Below, piece after piece: positions 48,944 through 56,585 of a stretch of DNA of 64,000 nucleotides (positions within the stretch are counted from its first letter, which is position 1; every line of letters starts with the position of its first letter). The notes under the pieces are model-generated. The model ran no database searches, was not told where the DNA came from, and saw only the letters and a program-made list of their open reading frames with translations. The position numbers and the translations under genes were made by a program. Source of the DNA: a virus; IMG/VR virus record IMGVR_UViG_3300008262_000040. One strand, given 5' to 3'.

Positions 48944-49995
48944 TGTATTCTGCTGTTTTGTTGATTTAATTCGTAATCCCAGTAGTGAAACTCCCTGGAT
49001 ATGTGTACCGATTGAGGCTTCTCCATTACTTTAAAGTCCAATTCATCTACCTCGTTAGTGAACACCTCAGGCACCTTATACACAGACCAACCGTTTTCCA
49101 AAGCTAATAGTGTTAGTTTAATGTTAATGTATTTAGAGATAGCCGTTCGTTCTTCCCAAGTACCGAAGTATGGCATCTTCTTATACCAACCAGTCTTAGG
49201 TATCTTTCTAGAAACGTTCTCGATAGGCAGCACTTCAGTCAACGTAATCGATTCTAAGTTAAGCGACAAAAGCTGTTGTTTTAAAGACTCAATCATCTCA
49301 TCAACAGACTTGAGCGGGTTCTGCTGTCTCATGAGGTGGTGCCTAACGTCTATGTTTCCCATGTAAACGATAAGCTCTTTTACCCAAGGAAACACGTACG
49401 TGCTAAGACCGCGATTCAAAGCTCCGTACATAGTAAGTCCGTCATTTCTAGATACCATCCAGCCCGGTCTGTAAGTACTGAAGCAGTGCGAATCACCAAA
49501 GACAAGCTTATCAGTCTTTTCGATAAAGTCAATACGAGGAATCGAAGTAGAACATATTTCGTTAGCTTCGTCGGCTCTCTCCAATAGAGTTCTGAACTGT
49601 TCTGTACCCGTGCGGTGTCTTTCTTTTATCAGCTTACCGATGGGCGGCATGTCGATGTGCAGAGAGTAGATGCGTACTCCTTTTGTAAAGATGCGTTTGA
49701 CCTGATCGTACAGTTCGTCGTTAGCGCCACCGAATATATTGAAGGTGCCTTTGAACTCCATACCGTGCTCGATTAATATAACGTCTAAGTCAGACCAATC
49801 TGTCTTTTGGTCGTGTATGAGTGTGACGTTCTCGTAACCAGCGTGTCGCAATTGGTTAACGATCATGGTGGGCCAACCAGCCTTGTGGGAAGATATTTGC
49901 TTGCTTATCTTGCCAACGATGGCTGACACGCCAATCTTCACGCTCTTGTCTTTTTCGTAGTCTGTGAAATAAGTGAAATTGAAGTTGTTATCCAT
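48940..49995 (-). CDS. Two-domain protein with an SGNH-hydrolase/acyltransferase-like C-terminus
   Basis: LVFGDSH (block I), G, YMGNID (block III), SVH (block V). Confidence 0.5.
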   Translation of the reverse strand: MDNNFNFTYFTDYEKDKSVKIGVSAIVGKISKQISSHKAGWPTMIVNQLRHAGYENVTLIHDQKTDWSDLDVILIEHGMEFKGTFNIFGGANDELYDQVKRIFTKGVRIYSLHIDMPPIGKLIKERHRTGTEQFRTLLERADEANEICSTSIPRIDFIEKTDKLVFGDSHCFSTYRPGWMVSRNDGLTMYGALNRGLSTYVFPWVKELIVYMGNIDVRHHLMRQQNPLKSVDEMIESLKQQLLSLNLESITLTEVLPIENVSRKIPKTGWYKKMPYFGTWEERTAISKYINIKLTLLALENGWSVYKVPEVFTNEVDELDFKVMEKPQSVHISREFHYWDYELNQQNSRIQ

Positions 49996-50001
49996 GTTTG
50001 T

Positions 50002-50247
50002 TTATTTTTCGTATTTGTGTTTTATAGATTCGTACAACTCTGGAGAGTACTTCTTACACAGCTTTACGAAGTAGGCGTCCTTCACCGCTTCGTCTTCTGT
50101 TGTTTGGTACTCTATCAAGTCTCTTAATCTAGCTGCCATTTCGTATCTTTCTGTATCAACGCACCAATCCATTCTACTTTTCATTAGATCAACGAAAGCT
50201 GATTTTGTGTCGTCTAATTCCTGTTGTAGGTCGTATGGATGATTCAT
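50002..50247 (-). CDS. UVR (UvrB/UvrC)-motif protein
   Basis: M...V..ERYEMAARLRDLI. Confidence 0.7.
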   Translation of the reverse strand: MNHPYDLQQELDDTKSAFVDLMKSRMDWCVDTERYEMAARLRDLIEYQTTEDEAVKDAYFVKLCKKYSPELYESIKHKYEK

Positions 50248-50999
50248 ATGCTTTTGTTTTTAATTCTTTCAAATAGTGCCGTTATCTGTCTTGTGTAGTT
50301 CTCTTCGTCAGTTGTTAGTGGCTTCTCTTCGTCGACCCATTCGTCTATGCCGTTGCTTATGCCCATGATCTTGATGTGTTGGGCTCCCTGCTGATTTAAC
50401 GCAATCTTCTCAGTCTTTTCTATTGCTTCTCCTATAGTTCTAGCCATAACACAACAAACATAATCTCCCCGCTTATTCCAGTTGTTTATGAAATATCTGT
50501 CGTCCTTATAGTGAAGGTAATATACAACCATCGGTTTCCAGGGCGAAGCCTCACGAGCTAGTCTTTCGACCTCCTGTCTTGCCCAATCAACGTACCAATT
50601 CAATACGTGATCGTCTACTTCTATGTCGTATTGAAACAGTTGAAACACTTTCCATGAATCTAAAGCGTATCTGCCAACACCTCTCATCTTTTCAAGTAAT
50701 GAAATTGGAACAGAAGTACCATAATCTTCAACTGCCTCCATCCACTGTTTGCTGAACTCCTTCCAAGACTTTGCTCTCCTATTGTAGAATCCGAGGGTTT
50801 TGATCATGGAGGCTATTTCGGACTCTTCTGCCGCTACCAAAGCCTCAGGGGTTGGGAACCTATCGAAGAACTCGTGGCGAACCTGGTCGACCTGCTTGTG
50901 ACTTGTTTGGTTTAACATGAAGCACACCATTAACATCTTCCAAGGATCTTCTCTGTACTCCTCTTGCCTTGTGTTGTAGGGGGAAATCTGTAACTTCAT
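50244..50999 (-). CDS. MBD4-like HhH-GPD DNA glycosylase with a C-terminal extension
   Basis: SPYN..QE....DPWK.L.....LN.TS, LGFY..RAK, GVGRYALDSWKVF, DHVLNWY.DW. Confidence 0.85.
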   Translation of the reverse strand: MKLQISPYNTRQEEYREDPWKMLMVCFMLNQTSHKQVDQVRHEFFDRFPTPEALVAAEESEIASMIKTLGFYNRRAKSWKEFSKQWMEAVEDYGTSVPISLLEKMRGVGRYALDSWKVFQLFQYDIEVDDHVLNWYVDWARQEVERLAREASPWKPMVVYYLHYKDDRYFINNWNKRGDYVCCVMARTIGEAIEKTEKIALNQQGAQHIKIMGISNGIDEWVDEEKPLTTDEENYTRQITALFERIKNKSI

Positions 51000-51067
51000 A
51001 ACTATTATTATATGCTAATATACACAATTAGCTTTGATACGTGCGATAATTCTTTCAAGTACAAACG

Positions 51068-51096
51068 AAAAAAAGACCCAAACTAGTGGGTCTTTT
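51068..51096 (-). terminator. Rho-independent terminator
   Basis: AAAAGACCCA/TGGGTCTTTT hairpin. Confidence 0.75.
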
Positions 51097-51113
51097 AACA
51101 AATAAATAATGCG

Positions 51114-51461
51114 TTAGGGCCTGTAATTTAAAAAGTGTTCTTTTATATGTGTAATCAATTCAACGATAGCTGGGCGTATATCCTCTTTTCTAGTCATTGG
51201 ACCACTTCTCCACTCTCTAAAAGCTTCGTCCATTAGGTTTAAAGCTTCTTCGAATTTTGGACCAAAAGATTGTATATAACCGCCTCCAAGATCTGAATCG
51301 TCATCGCTAAAATCGCCTCCGTGCTTTGCGTAGCCTAAATCTTCTTCTCCCATAGCGGTACCCAAATCCTCTTTTACTGGTTTCATGTCAACGTATCCAC
51401 CAATGTTTTCGTTTAATAGTTGGTTGTTCTTTAGGTATCTTTGTAAATTGAAGTCTTTCAT
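51114..51461 (-). CDS. Probable head-internal protein with a duplicated leader
   Basis: MKDFNLQRYLKNNQLLNENIGGYVDMKPVKEDL. Confidence 0.65.
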   Translation of the reverse strand: MKDFNLQRYLKNNQLLNENIGGYVDMKPVKEDLGTAMGEEDLGYAKHGGDFSDDDSDLGGGYIQSFGPKFEEALNLMDEAFREWRSGPMTRKEDIRPAIVELITHIKEHFLNYRP

Positions 51462-51473
51462 TTTATTTATATG

Positions 51474-51776
51474 TTATATTTGAGCGTTTGATAATGCCTT
51501 TATACTATTGTTTAAGTCCTTCTCTATTTGAAAAGCAACTTCATAAGCTTGACTTTTTCTGGCTCTCTGAGGATCTTGATTCATTGCGCCTCGAAAGTTG
51601 TCTAGCTTTCTTTGGGCTAGCTTTAAAGCTTCTCTGGCCTCATCAATCAGTGCTTCATACATACGATCGCCTTCATTTAGATCTTCGTTAACAGGTTTAA
51701 TGTCAACGTACCCGCCTATATTTTCGTTTAGAAGTTGGTTGTTCTTTAAGTATCCTTGTAAATTGAACCTGTCCAT
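51474..51776 (-). CDS. Probable head-internal protein with a duplicated leader
   Basis: Start re-set to MDRFNLQGYLKNNQLLNENIGGYVDIKPVNEDL; late motif at 51793. Confidence 0.65.
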   Translation of the reverse strand: MDRFNLQGYLKNNQLLNENIGGYVDIKPVNEDLNEGDRMYEALIDEAREALKLAQRKLDNFRGAMNQDPQRARKSQAYEVAFQIEKDLNNSIKALSNAQI

Positions 51777-51799
51777 CGCTTTTGCTTTAATAATAAATA

Positions 51800-52015
51800 T
51801 CACCAATTTTGTAAAATCTCTCCGTCAACAACAACGTTAACAACCTTTCCCCGAACCTCGTCGTATTCGATAGACTTAACGTACGCTTTGGGACTCTTTA
51901 TCTTATCGTACCTCAACACGTCGCCGTTTTCGTAATGTACGCTTACTGTGTGTCCTCCTGGTTTCAACGACAGCGGGTTTGTTCTGTACTTGTCTTTTAC
52001 ATAAAACTTTGCCAT
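51800..52015 (-). CDS. Hypothetical protein
   Basis: Start re-set to MAKFYVKDK because the longer ORF overlaps the tmRNA. Confidence 0.6.
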   Translation of the reverse strand: MAKFYVKDKYRTNPLSLKPGGHTVSVHYENGDVLRYDKIKSPKAYVKSIEYDEVRGKVVNVVVDGEILQNW

Positions 52016-52040
52016 ATACTTTATTTTATAGTTTGTAAAT

Positions 52041-52072
52041 AAAAAAGGCAGCCGTAAAGGACTGCCTATTTT
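52041..52072 (-). terminator. Terminator after the tmRNA
   Basis: AGGCAG..CC/GG..CTGCCT hairpin plus T-run. Confidence 0.75.
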
Positions 52073-52075
52073 GAG

Positions 52076-52528
52076 TGGACCTGACCGGAGTCGAACCGGT
52101 GTCTTCACAAGGAACAATGACACTAACGTCTCACATGCTTAGTACTGAACTTCTACGTCTCGCGCCCAAATGGTTATGGGCCGTGGTGTATTCGTTCTGC
52201 ACCGTATAGGCTAGCCGGTTATGGCTGGCTCCACCACCTAGTTTTACTCTAAACCAGGAAACTCATGGCTCGCAATACGCGTCCAAGATGCCGTCACTGT
52301 AGCGTACGACTCGCTGCTGTTCTGTTGCTAGGCTATCAGCTGCCCCACTAACTTAAGCTGCAATTGCAAGCTCACCCTCGAGTTCAGCTAAAAGAGACTC
52401 AGCGGTATAGTTAGAAAGCTCAACGATGTTGTTGTCTTTTATTGTTCTGCGCAGATTTAAGGACGTCTAGCACTTCTGTCCGCATGTAGTGGCACCTTCT
52501 CGTGTGAATCAAATGCCGTGACAGGCCC
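52076..52528 (-). ncRNA. ssrA: tmRNA; tag ORF 52353..52436 encodes (A)DNNIVELSNYTAESLLAELEGELAIAA*
   Basis: GGGCCTG/CAGGTCC-A acceptor with G3:U; T-arm ACCGG-TTCGACT-CCGGT; ATAAAA before the resume codon; tag ends LAIAA. Confidence 0.92.
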
Positions 52529-52534
52529 ATATTT

Positions 52535-52849
52535 TCAAAGATCTTGTTCTAATCTATCTAAATAACTCTTCATCTTAGCACAGAGTTCGTATTTCTCGAA
52601 GCGCACCATATCGTCTAAGCAATTCTTCAGAAGAGTATGATACTCCGCCTTCTTTATTGATATGGTGTAAAAAGGCTTGTTAACTCTTCGCTTATTTAAT
52701 TTTACACTGATCAATTCAACCATTTCCAAACCGTTGTCTATGGCATCTAAAACGCCCTCGACCATTGCCGTAACCAACGATTCTTCCCTTGATGAGAGCA
52801 TCGATAAGAAGTCATTCTCGTTGTCTGTTTTTACGTTGTAGTATGCCAT
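52535..52849 (-). CDS. Protein with a C-terminal UVR-like motif
   Basis: Start re-set to MAYYNV; EKYELCAKMKSYL; late motif at 52856. Confidence 0.6.
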   Translation of the reverse strand: MAYYNVKTDNENDFLSMLSSREESLVTAMVEGVLDAIDNGLEMVELISVKLNKRRVNKPFYTISIKKAEYHTLLKNCLDDMVRFEKYELCAKMKSYLDRLEQDL

Positions 52850-52864
52850 GATAATATAAATATG

Positions 52865-52946
52865 TGCCCCATGAGAGACTCGAACTCTCACACCTTACGG
52901 AACCAGATCCTAAGTCTGGCGTGTCTACCAATTTCACCAACGGGGC
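52865..52946 (-). tRNA. tRNA-Leu(UAG)
   Basis: Cloverleaf; CCAGA-CTTAGGA-TCTGG; long variable arm; CCA not encoded. Confidence 0.92.
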
Positions 52947-52951
52947 ATAAA

Positions 52952-53104
52952 AAAGGAGTAAAACAGAAGATGGGCGCGTGGACATCTGTTTCTACGACCG
53001 GCGTTACTTGAGTATCTAAGCTTGTCATTGACTAATTCAAGACGTTGTTGTCTACTCCTCCTCGGGCACCTTTGTAGGTTACCTTTCCCCGATCAACCTC
53101 CTTT
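52952..53104 (-). ncRNA. Putative structured ncRNA
   Basis: Ends pair (AAAGGAG/CTCCTTT); internal stems AAACAGA..GATG/CATC..TCTGTTT and TCGGG/CCCGA; no ORF. Confidence 0.45.
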
Positions 53105-53147
53105 GAGACGCATCTGTGTTCAGAAGTTTAGTTACAGCTCTTTAACT

Positions 53148-53462
53148 TTATTTTACTCTTTTGTTATTAATATAATCATTGAAGACTTTGTGTAGATCCT
53201 CAATTGATCGTTCTTGTTTGTTGTTTAGCTTGTCGAGTCTAGAATCTAGTTGAGAGTTAAACGCTTGTTCGGTGCTTTCAAACTGTTGCCACACCCGACT
53301 ATGTTCAATATTATTCATTCGACTATTATCAATTAAATTCTGCTCCAAATCTCTAGTATAATTTTTCAATTTTGTTACCTTAACAATACTTACCACAGCA
53401 ACTATTGCAGTAGCAATAACCACCACGGAAGCTATTCCTAAAATAAAGAAAAGTGTTTCCAT
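53148..53462 (-). CDS. Membrane-anchored coiled-coil protein
   Basis: N-terminal TM. Confidence 0.65.
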   Translation of the reverse strand: METLFFILGIASVVVIATAIVAVVSIVKVTKLKNYTRDLEQNLIDNSRMNNIEHSRVWQQFESTEQAFNSQLDSRLDKLNNKQERSIEDLHKVFNDYINNKRVK

Positions 53463-53500
53463 TTTTTTAATCTCCTATATGCCAAAGAGCTGTAACTATG

Positions 53501-53572
53501 TACCACCAACGAGAATCGAACTCGTGACTCCTCCGTGAAAGGGAGGCGTCTTAACCCCTTGACCATGGCGGC
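53501..53572 (-). tRNA. tRNA-Glu(UUC)
   Basis: Cloverleaf; CCTCC-CTTTCAC-GGAGG. Confidence 0.92.
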
Positions 53573-53793
53573 AAATTAACACCCTAATTTATCCAACTTA
53601 CAGGCGTTATGGCTGTCCTCACAAAGGATTCTTAAGGTCCTTTTTTTCTTTGGTGAGTTAGGAATAGATCTTTCAAGCTCGCCACCCAAGGAGATCAACC
53701 CATAGTTAATAAGTAACTAACACTTGACCATGTAGTAACAACTCTACTTCTCATCATCCAGGACTGGACTATCCGTTTGTTAGTCGGAACGTG

Positions 53794-53894
53794 CAGCCAA
53801 GATGGGACTCGAACCCATAACGTGGTCTCGTAAAGAGAAGCTTAACCGTTTAGCCTTACCGGGCTGGGCCCGTTTACATATCCACTACTTGACT
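53794..53894 (-). ncRNA. tRNA-like RNA 1 (no canonical anticodon arm)
   Basis: Acceptor AGTCAAG/CTTGGCT; T-arm ATGGG-TTCGAGT-CCCAT; central region has two small hairpins. Confidence 0.6.
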
Positions 53895-54026
53895 ATTTGC
53901 AACTTATTCCGGATGTCAGTAGGAAAGTTGCCAAACCTATCCAGCTTACGATCTGGCTCTTGTATGCGAGCTGTTCTTACGGGAAGCCCAAGAGGAACTA
54001 CGACCCCGTGGCCTGCGGGCACTTTG

Positions 54027-54101
54027 TTGCGAGGGGCGGATTCGAACCACCGTCGTTCGGCTTATGAGACCGAGCTGGAACCATCTCCAGTCCACCTCGC
54101 C
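54027..54101 (-). tRNA. tRNA-Met(CAU), initiator-like
   Basis: TCGGT-CTCATAA-GCCGA; 1:72 mismatch; atypical D arm. Confidence 0.8.
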
Positions 54102-54104
54102 TTT

Positions 54105-54209
54105 TTACTTTTTACAATAATACTTACAATACTCTTTCAAACCGTGTATGATCCACAAAGTACCAAGTACAAGAATAATCAATCTAATTATGATCTCTAA
54201 TTTTGACAT
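54105..54209 (-). CDS. 34-aa membrane peptide (MSKLEIIIRLIILVLGTLW...)
   Basis: Hand translation; fills the gap between RNA genes. Confidence 0.4.
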   Translation of the reverse strand: MSKLEIIIRLIILVLGTLWIIHGLKEYCKYYCKK

Positions 54210-54223
54210 CGTAACCTATTTTG

Positions 54224-54379
54224 CTGTCAGGGGAGGATTCGAACCTCCACGCTGGGATTCGGTAAGGGACAACATAGCCGGCTTGTGGTCAACCCATATC
54301 CAATTACCTATTTCCTGTTCAGCGCCCTCGAGACGAGAGGGTGTGTCTGCCGTGCGTATACGCATTTCACCACCTAACA
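54224..54379 (-). ncRNA. tRNA-like RNA 2 (giant variable arm)
   Basis: Acceptor TGTTAGG/CCTGACA; T-arm GGAGG-TTCGAAT-CCTCC; CCCTC/GAGGG arm lacks U33; ~75-nt arm closed by CGCTG/CAGCG. Confidence 0.65.
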
Positions 54380-54388
54380 GTTTCCGTA

Positions 54389-54538
54389 TTACTTAGTGCT
54401 ATCTACAGCTACTTTCACGGAATCAACTACTGTAGAATCGACTGTTGTAGAATCTGTAGTTACTGGTTCTGTGCTCTCTCCTGAGCCACATGCTGCGAAG
54501 GTCAAAGCCATCGCGATCACAAACATTGCTTTTTTCAT
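54389..54538 (-). CDS. 49-aa lipoprotein with D-S-T/V repeats
   Basis: Hand translation MKKAMFVIAMALTFAACGSGESTEPVTTDSTTVDSTVVDSVKVAVDSTK; lipobox FAA-C. Confidence 0.8.
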   Translation of the reverse strand: MKKAMFVIAMALTFAACGSGESTEPVTTDSTTVDSTVVDSVKVAVDSTK

Positions 54539-54568
54539 GTTTATTTATGGTTTTTGGTTAAAAAATGC

Positions 54569-54748
54569 TTACTTTATCCATTCTGACGATGCTAGCGCCA
54601 TCGCCTCTTGTATACTTATGCTAGAATTCTCTTTCATGAACTTTAAAGCCCAAGCTGTTACTTCTACTATCAATCCATGGTTGTGAGCTTCAGTCAAGTA
54701 GAACTCTACGCTTTGTAAATCGTCTTCTGTTATTTTTATTCTACCCAT
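54569..54748 (-). CDS. 59-aa hypothetical protein (MGRIKITEDDLQ...SEWIK)
   Basis: Hand translation; co-oriented with neighbours. Confidence 0.6.
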   Translation of the reverse strand: MGRIKITEDDLQSVEFYLTEAHNHGLIVEVTAWALKFMKENSSISIQEAMALASSEWIK

Positions 54749-54761
54749 TGTTTTTCTTATG

Positions 54762-54835
54762 TGGACCCTTCAGGGCTTGAACCTGAGACCCCCTGATTAT
54801 GAGTCAGGTGCTCTAACCAACTGAGCTAAGGGTCC
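54762..54835 (-). tRNA. tRNA with CAU anticodon, probably Ile2 (lysidine type)
   Basis: GGACCCT/AGGGTCC-A; CCTGA-CTCATAA-TCAGG; TAGCTCAGTTGGTTAGAGC D arm. Confidence 0.88.
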
Positions 54836-54892
54836 AGTTATGTAAATATATTACAAGATTGCGTGATTAAAAAATAATCGTTTGCAGTCGAA

Positions 54893-55207
54893 TTATACAA
54901 GATCCTCTTCACCGTATTCGTCTATCAACTCCTGTTGTATCGCTTTCTTGGATTGCTGTTTCCCGTACCACTTGGTCATGAACTTATTTATGCTCATCTT
55001 TCCAGAGTCTACAAGAGCTTGATCGGATGCCATGTTTGCTGGCTGCATCGCCACGAAATTGTACTTGTCAGCCGTTACGTTAACCCAACAATCGGGATAC
55101 ATTTTAGCGAATTTACCTGCGGCTACGTACATATCTTTTGTTTCCCACGTCTTTGTGAAAACTGTCTTATTCTTTTTGTCTCTTACTACAACTGTTGCTT
55201 TTATCAT
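54893..55207 (-). CDS. Hypothetical protein
   Basis: ORF co-oriented with the cluster. Confidence 0.65.
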   Translation of the reverse strand: MIKATVVVRDKKNKTVFTKTWETKDMYVAAGKFAKMYPDCWVNVTADKYNFVAMQPANMASDQALVDSGKMSINKFMTKWYGKQQSKKAIQQELIDEYGEEDLV

Positions 55208-55349
55208 ATTCTTAACGAGTTTATTTTTAAAAGTTAAAGAAATAGAAAAAGATCAGCGCTCCAAATGTAAAGACATCGCGGATTGCTGATCTTGTGTAAC
55301 AAATCACGAACCGTAGTTAGCGTGGTTGTTTGTCGGTTCGATTGGCCGA

Positions 55350-55619
55350 TTACGAGTTAGCCAATTTCTGGATCTTGGTCGTATTTGAGATTCGACCGCG
55401 AGTGAAATCGTACGCTTCGTTTACGATACGATTGTTGAACTGCTTACCGCTCAATACGTCAGATACGTGTGTGCTTGAGTAACCAGTGTTGCTGGCGATC
55501 GTAGATACGTCACCGATGCGGAGTTTGCGGTTGATAAGACTCATCTTCTGAATGTAAGTGAGTTTTCTGTAACTAGTTGGACGGTTAGACGTCACCTTTG
55601 TTGTTTTTGTTTTTTTCAT
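55350..55619 (-). CDS. Basic helix-turn-helix DNA-binding protein
   Basis: VSTIASNTGYSSTHVSDVLSGK; own promoter-like GTATATTTAC at 55646-55655. Confidence 0.7.
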   Translation of the reverse strand: MKKTKTTKVTSNRPTSYRKLTYIQKMSLINRKLRIGDVSTIASNTGYSSTHVSDVLSGKQFNNRIVNEAYDFTRGRISNTTKIQKLANS

Positions 55620-55699
55620 AAACTGTATTTGATTAAGAATATAATGTAAATATACGGCGATTTTTTTAAGAAAAGAAATAATCGTTTTTGGTTGTTTAA

Positions 55700-55906
55700 T
55701 TATTTTTTCACGTACATTCCACCGAAGTTCATGCTATTGCACCAGCGATTGAAGTCTTCGTCTACGGTTTTTGTTGACATGCGCTTATCTAGTTTAGCGT
55801 GGAGCTTTTTCAAGTCTGGTATTACAACCTTCTCTCCCCTTGCAGCTTCACCGAATATCTCTCTTTTTACTTTGTCTAACAGCTTTTTTAACTCTTTCTT
55901 TATCAT
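55700..55906 (-). CDS. Hypothetical protein
   Basis: ORF in the early array. Confidence 0.6.
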   Translation of the reverse strand: MIKKELKKLLDKVKREIFGEAARGEKVVIPDLKKLHAKLDKRMSTKTVDEDFNRWCNSMNFGGMYVKK

Positions 55907-55917
55907 GTTTTATTTTT

Positions 55918-56196
55918 TTATAATTGTTCGATATCGTTAACATACGCTTTAACCTCAGCGTTCCATTTCAGCAAGGGAGCGTAGGCTAACTTTTGCGCTA
56001 TAGCTCGTTTAGACCACTTTTTTACCCATTTCCTTGTTTCTAAATCCGCTACAGAACAGGTTTCTCCGTCGTCTTCGAGTACTATGTAATAGTCGTCTAT
56101 CACACCAAAACCAGTTCTAGTGTATCCTTTGTAAGACTCTTTGTATTTGTAACCCTTAAGATTGGTTTCCATCAATTGTTCAAAAGTTAGTGTCAT
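55918..56196 (-). CDS. Hypothetical protein
   Basis: ORF in the early array. Confidence 0.6.
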   Translation of the reverse strand: MTLTFEQLMETNLKGYKYKESYKGYTRTGFGVIDDYYIVLEDDGETCSVADLETRKWVKKWSKRAIAQKLAYAPLLKWNAEVKAYVNDIEQL

Positions 56197-56199
56197 GTA

Positions 56200-56580
56200 T
56201 TATTGATTTTGATTTTTGTAAAATAATTTAGAGTCGTCCAGTTCCTCTTCTTCGTACTCGACAACCATTCGCTTAGTCAGCCACTTCTCTCTAACCACAC
56301 CGCACTGTCTGTCCTCGATCATGACTTGGCCGATACCAATGCCTGGATACAGTTCCTGTTCGTCGTAGCATTCGACAGCCTCTTCGTAAGTGTCGAAAGG
56401 CCCGTAAGTGAATACGTCTTCATTTTCGTCGTACCCTTCAATGAGCTCGTAGTCTCCAACAAAGCTATCGTCTTCATTTAATACCCTAACGTGAGGGCCG
56501 TAAGTAACGAACCACTTGTTTGGTGTGCCACCGTCTCCCACCATTTCCCTTGCCATTTCTTTGATTTGTTCTTGAGTCAT
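56200..56580 (-). CDS. Acidic hypothetical protein
   Basis: ORF with very high D/E content. Confidence 0.65.
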   Translation of the reverse strand: MTQEQIKEMAREMVGDGGTPNKWFVTYGPHVRVLNEDDSFVGDYELIEGYDENEDVFTYGPFDTYEEAVECYDEQELYPGIGIGQVMIEDRQCGVVREKWLTKRMVVEYEEEELDDSKLFYKNQNQ

Positions 56581-56585
56581 AACTT

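Noticed and set aside
53670-53765. Hammerhead ribozyme (GATGAG...GAAA on the - strand)
   Set aside because: The core is not CUGAnGA and I could not build the three stems
53802-54686. Plus-strand ORFs 53802..54200, 54148..54396 and 54396..54686
   Set aside because: They are antisense shadows of tRNA/tRNA-like genes and the small lipoprotein
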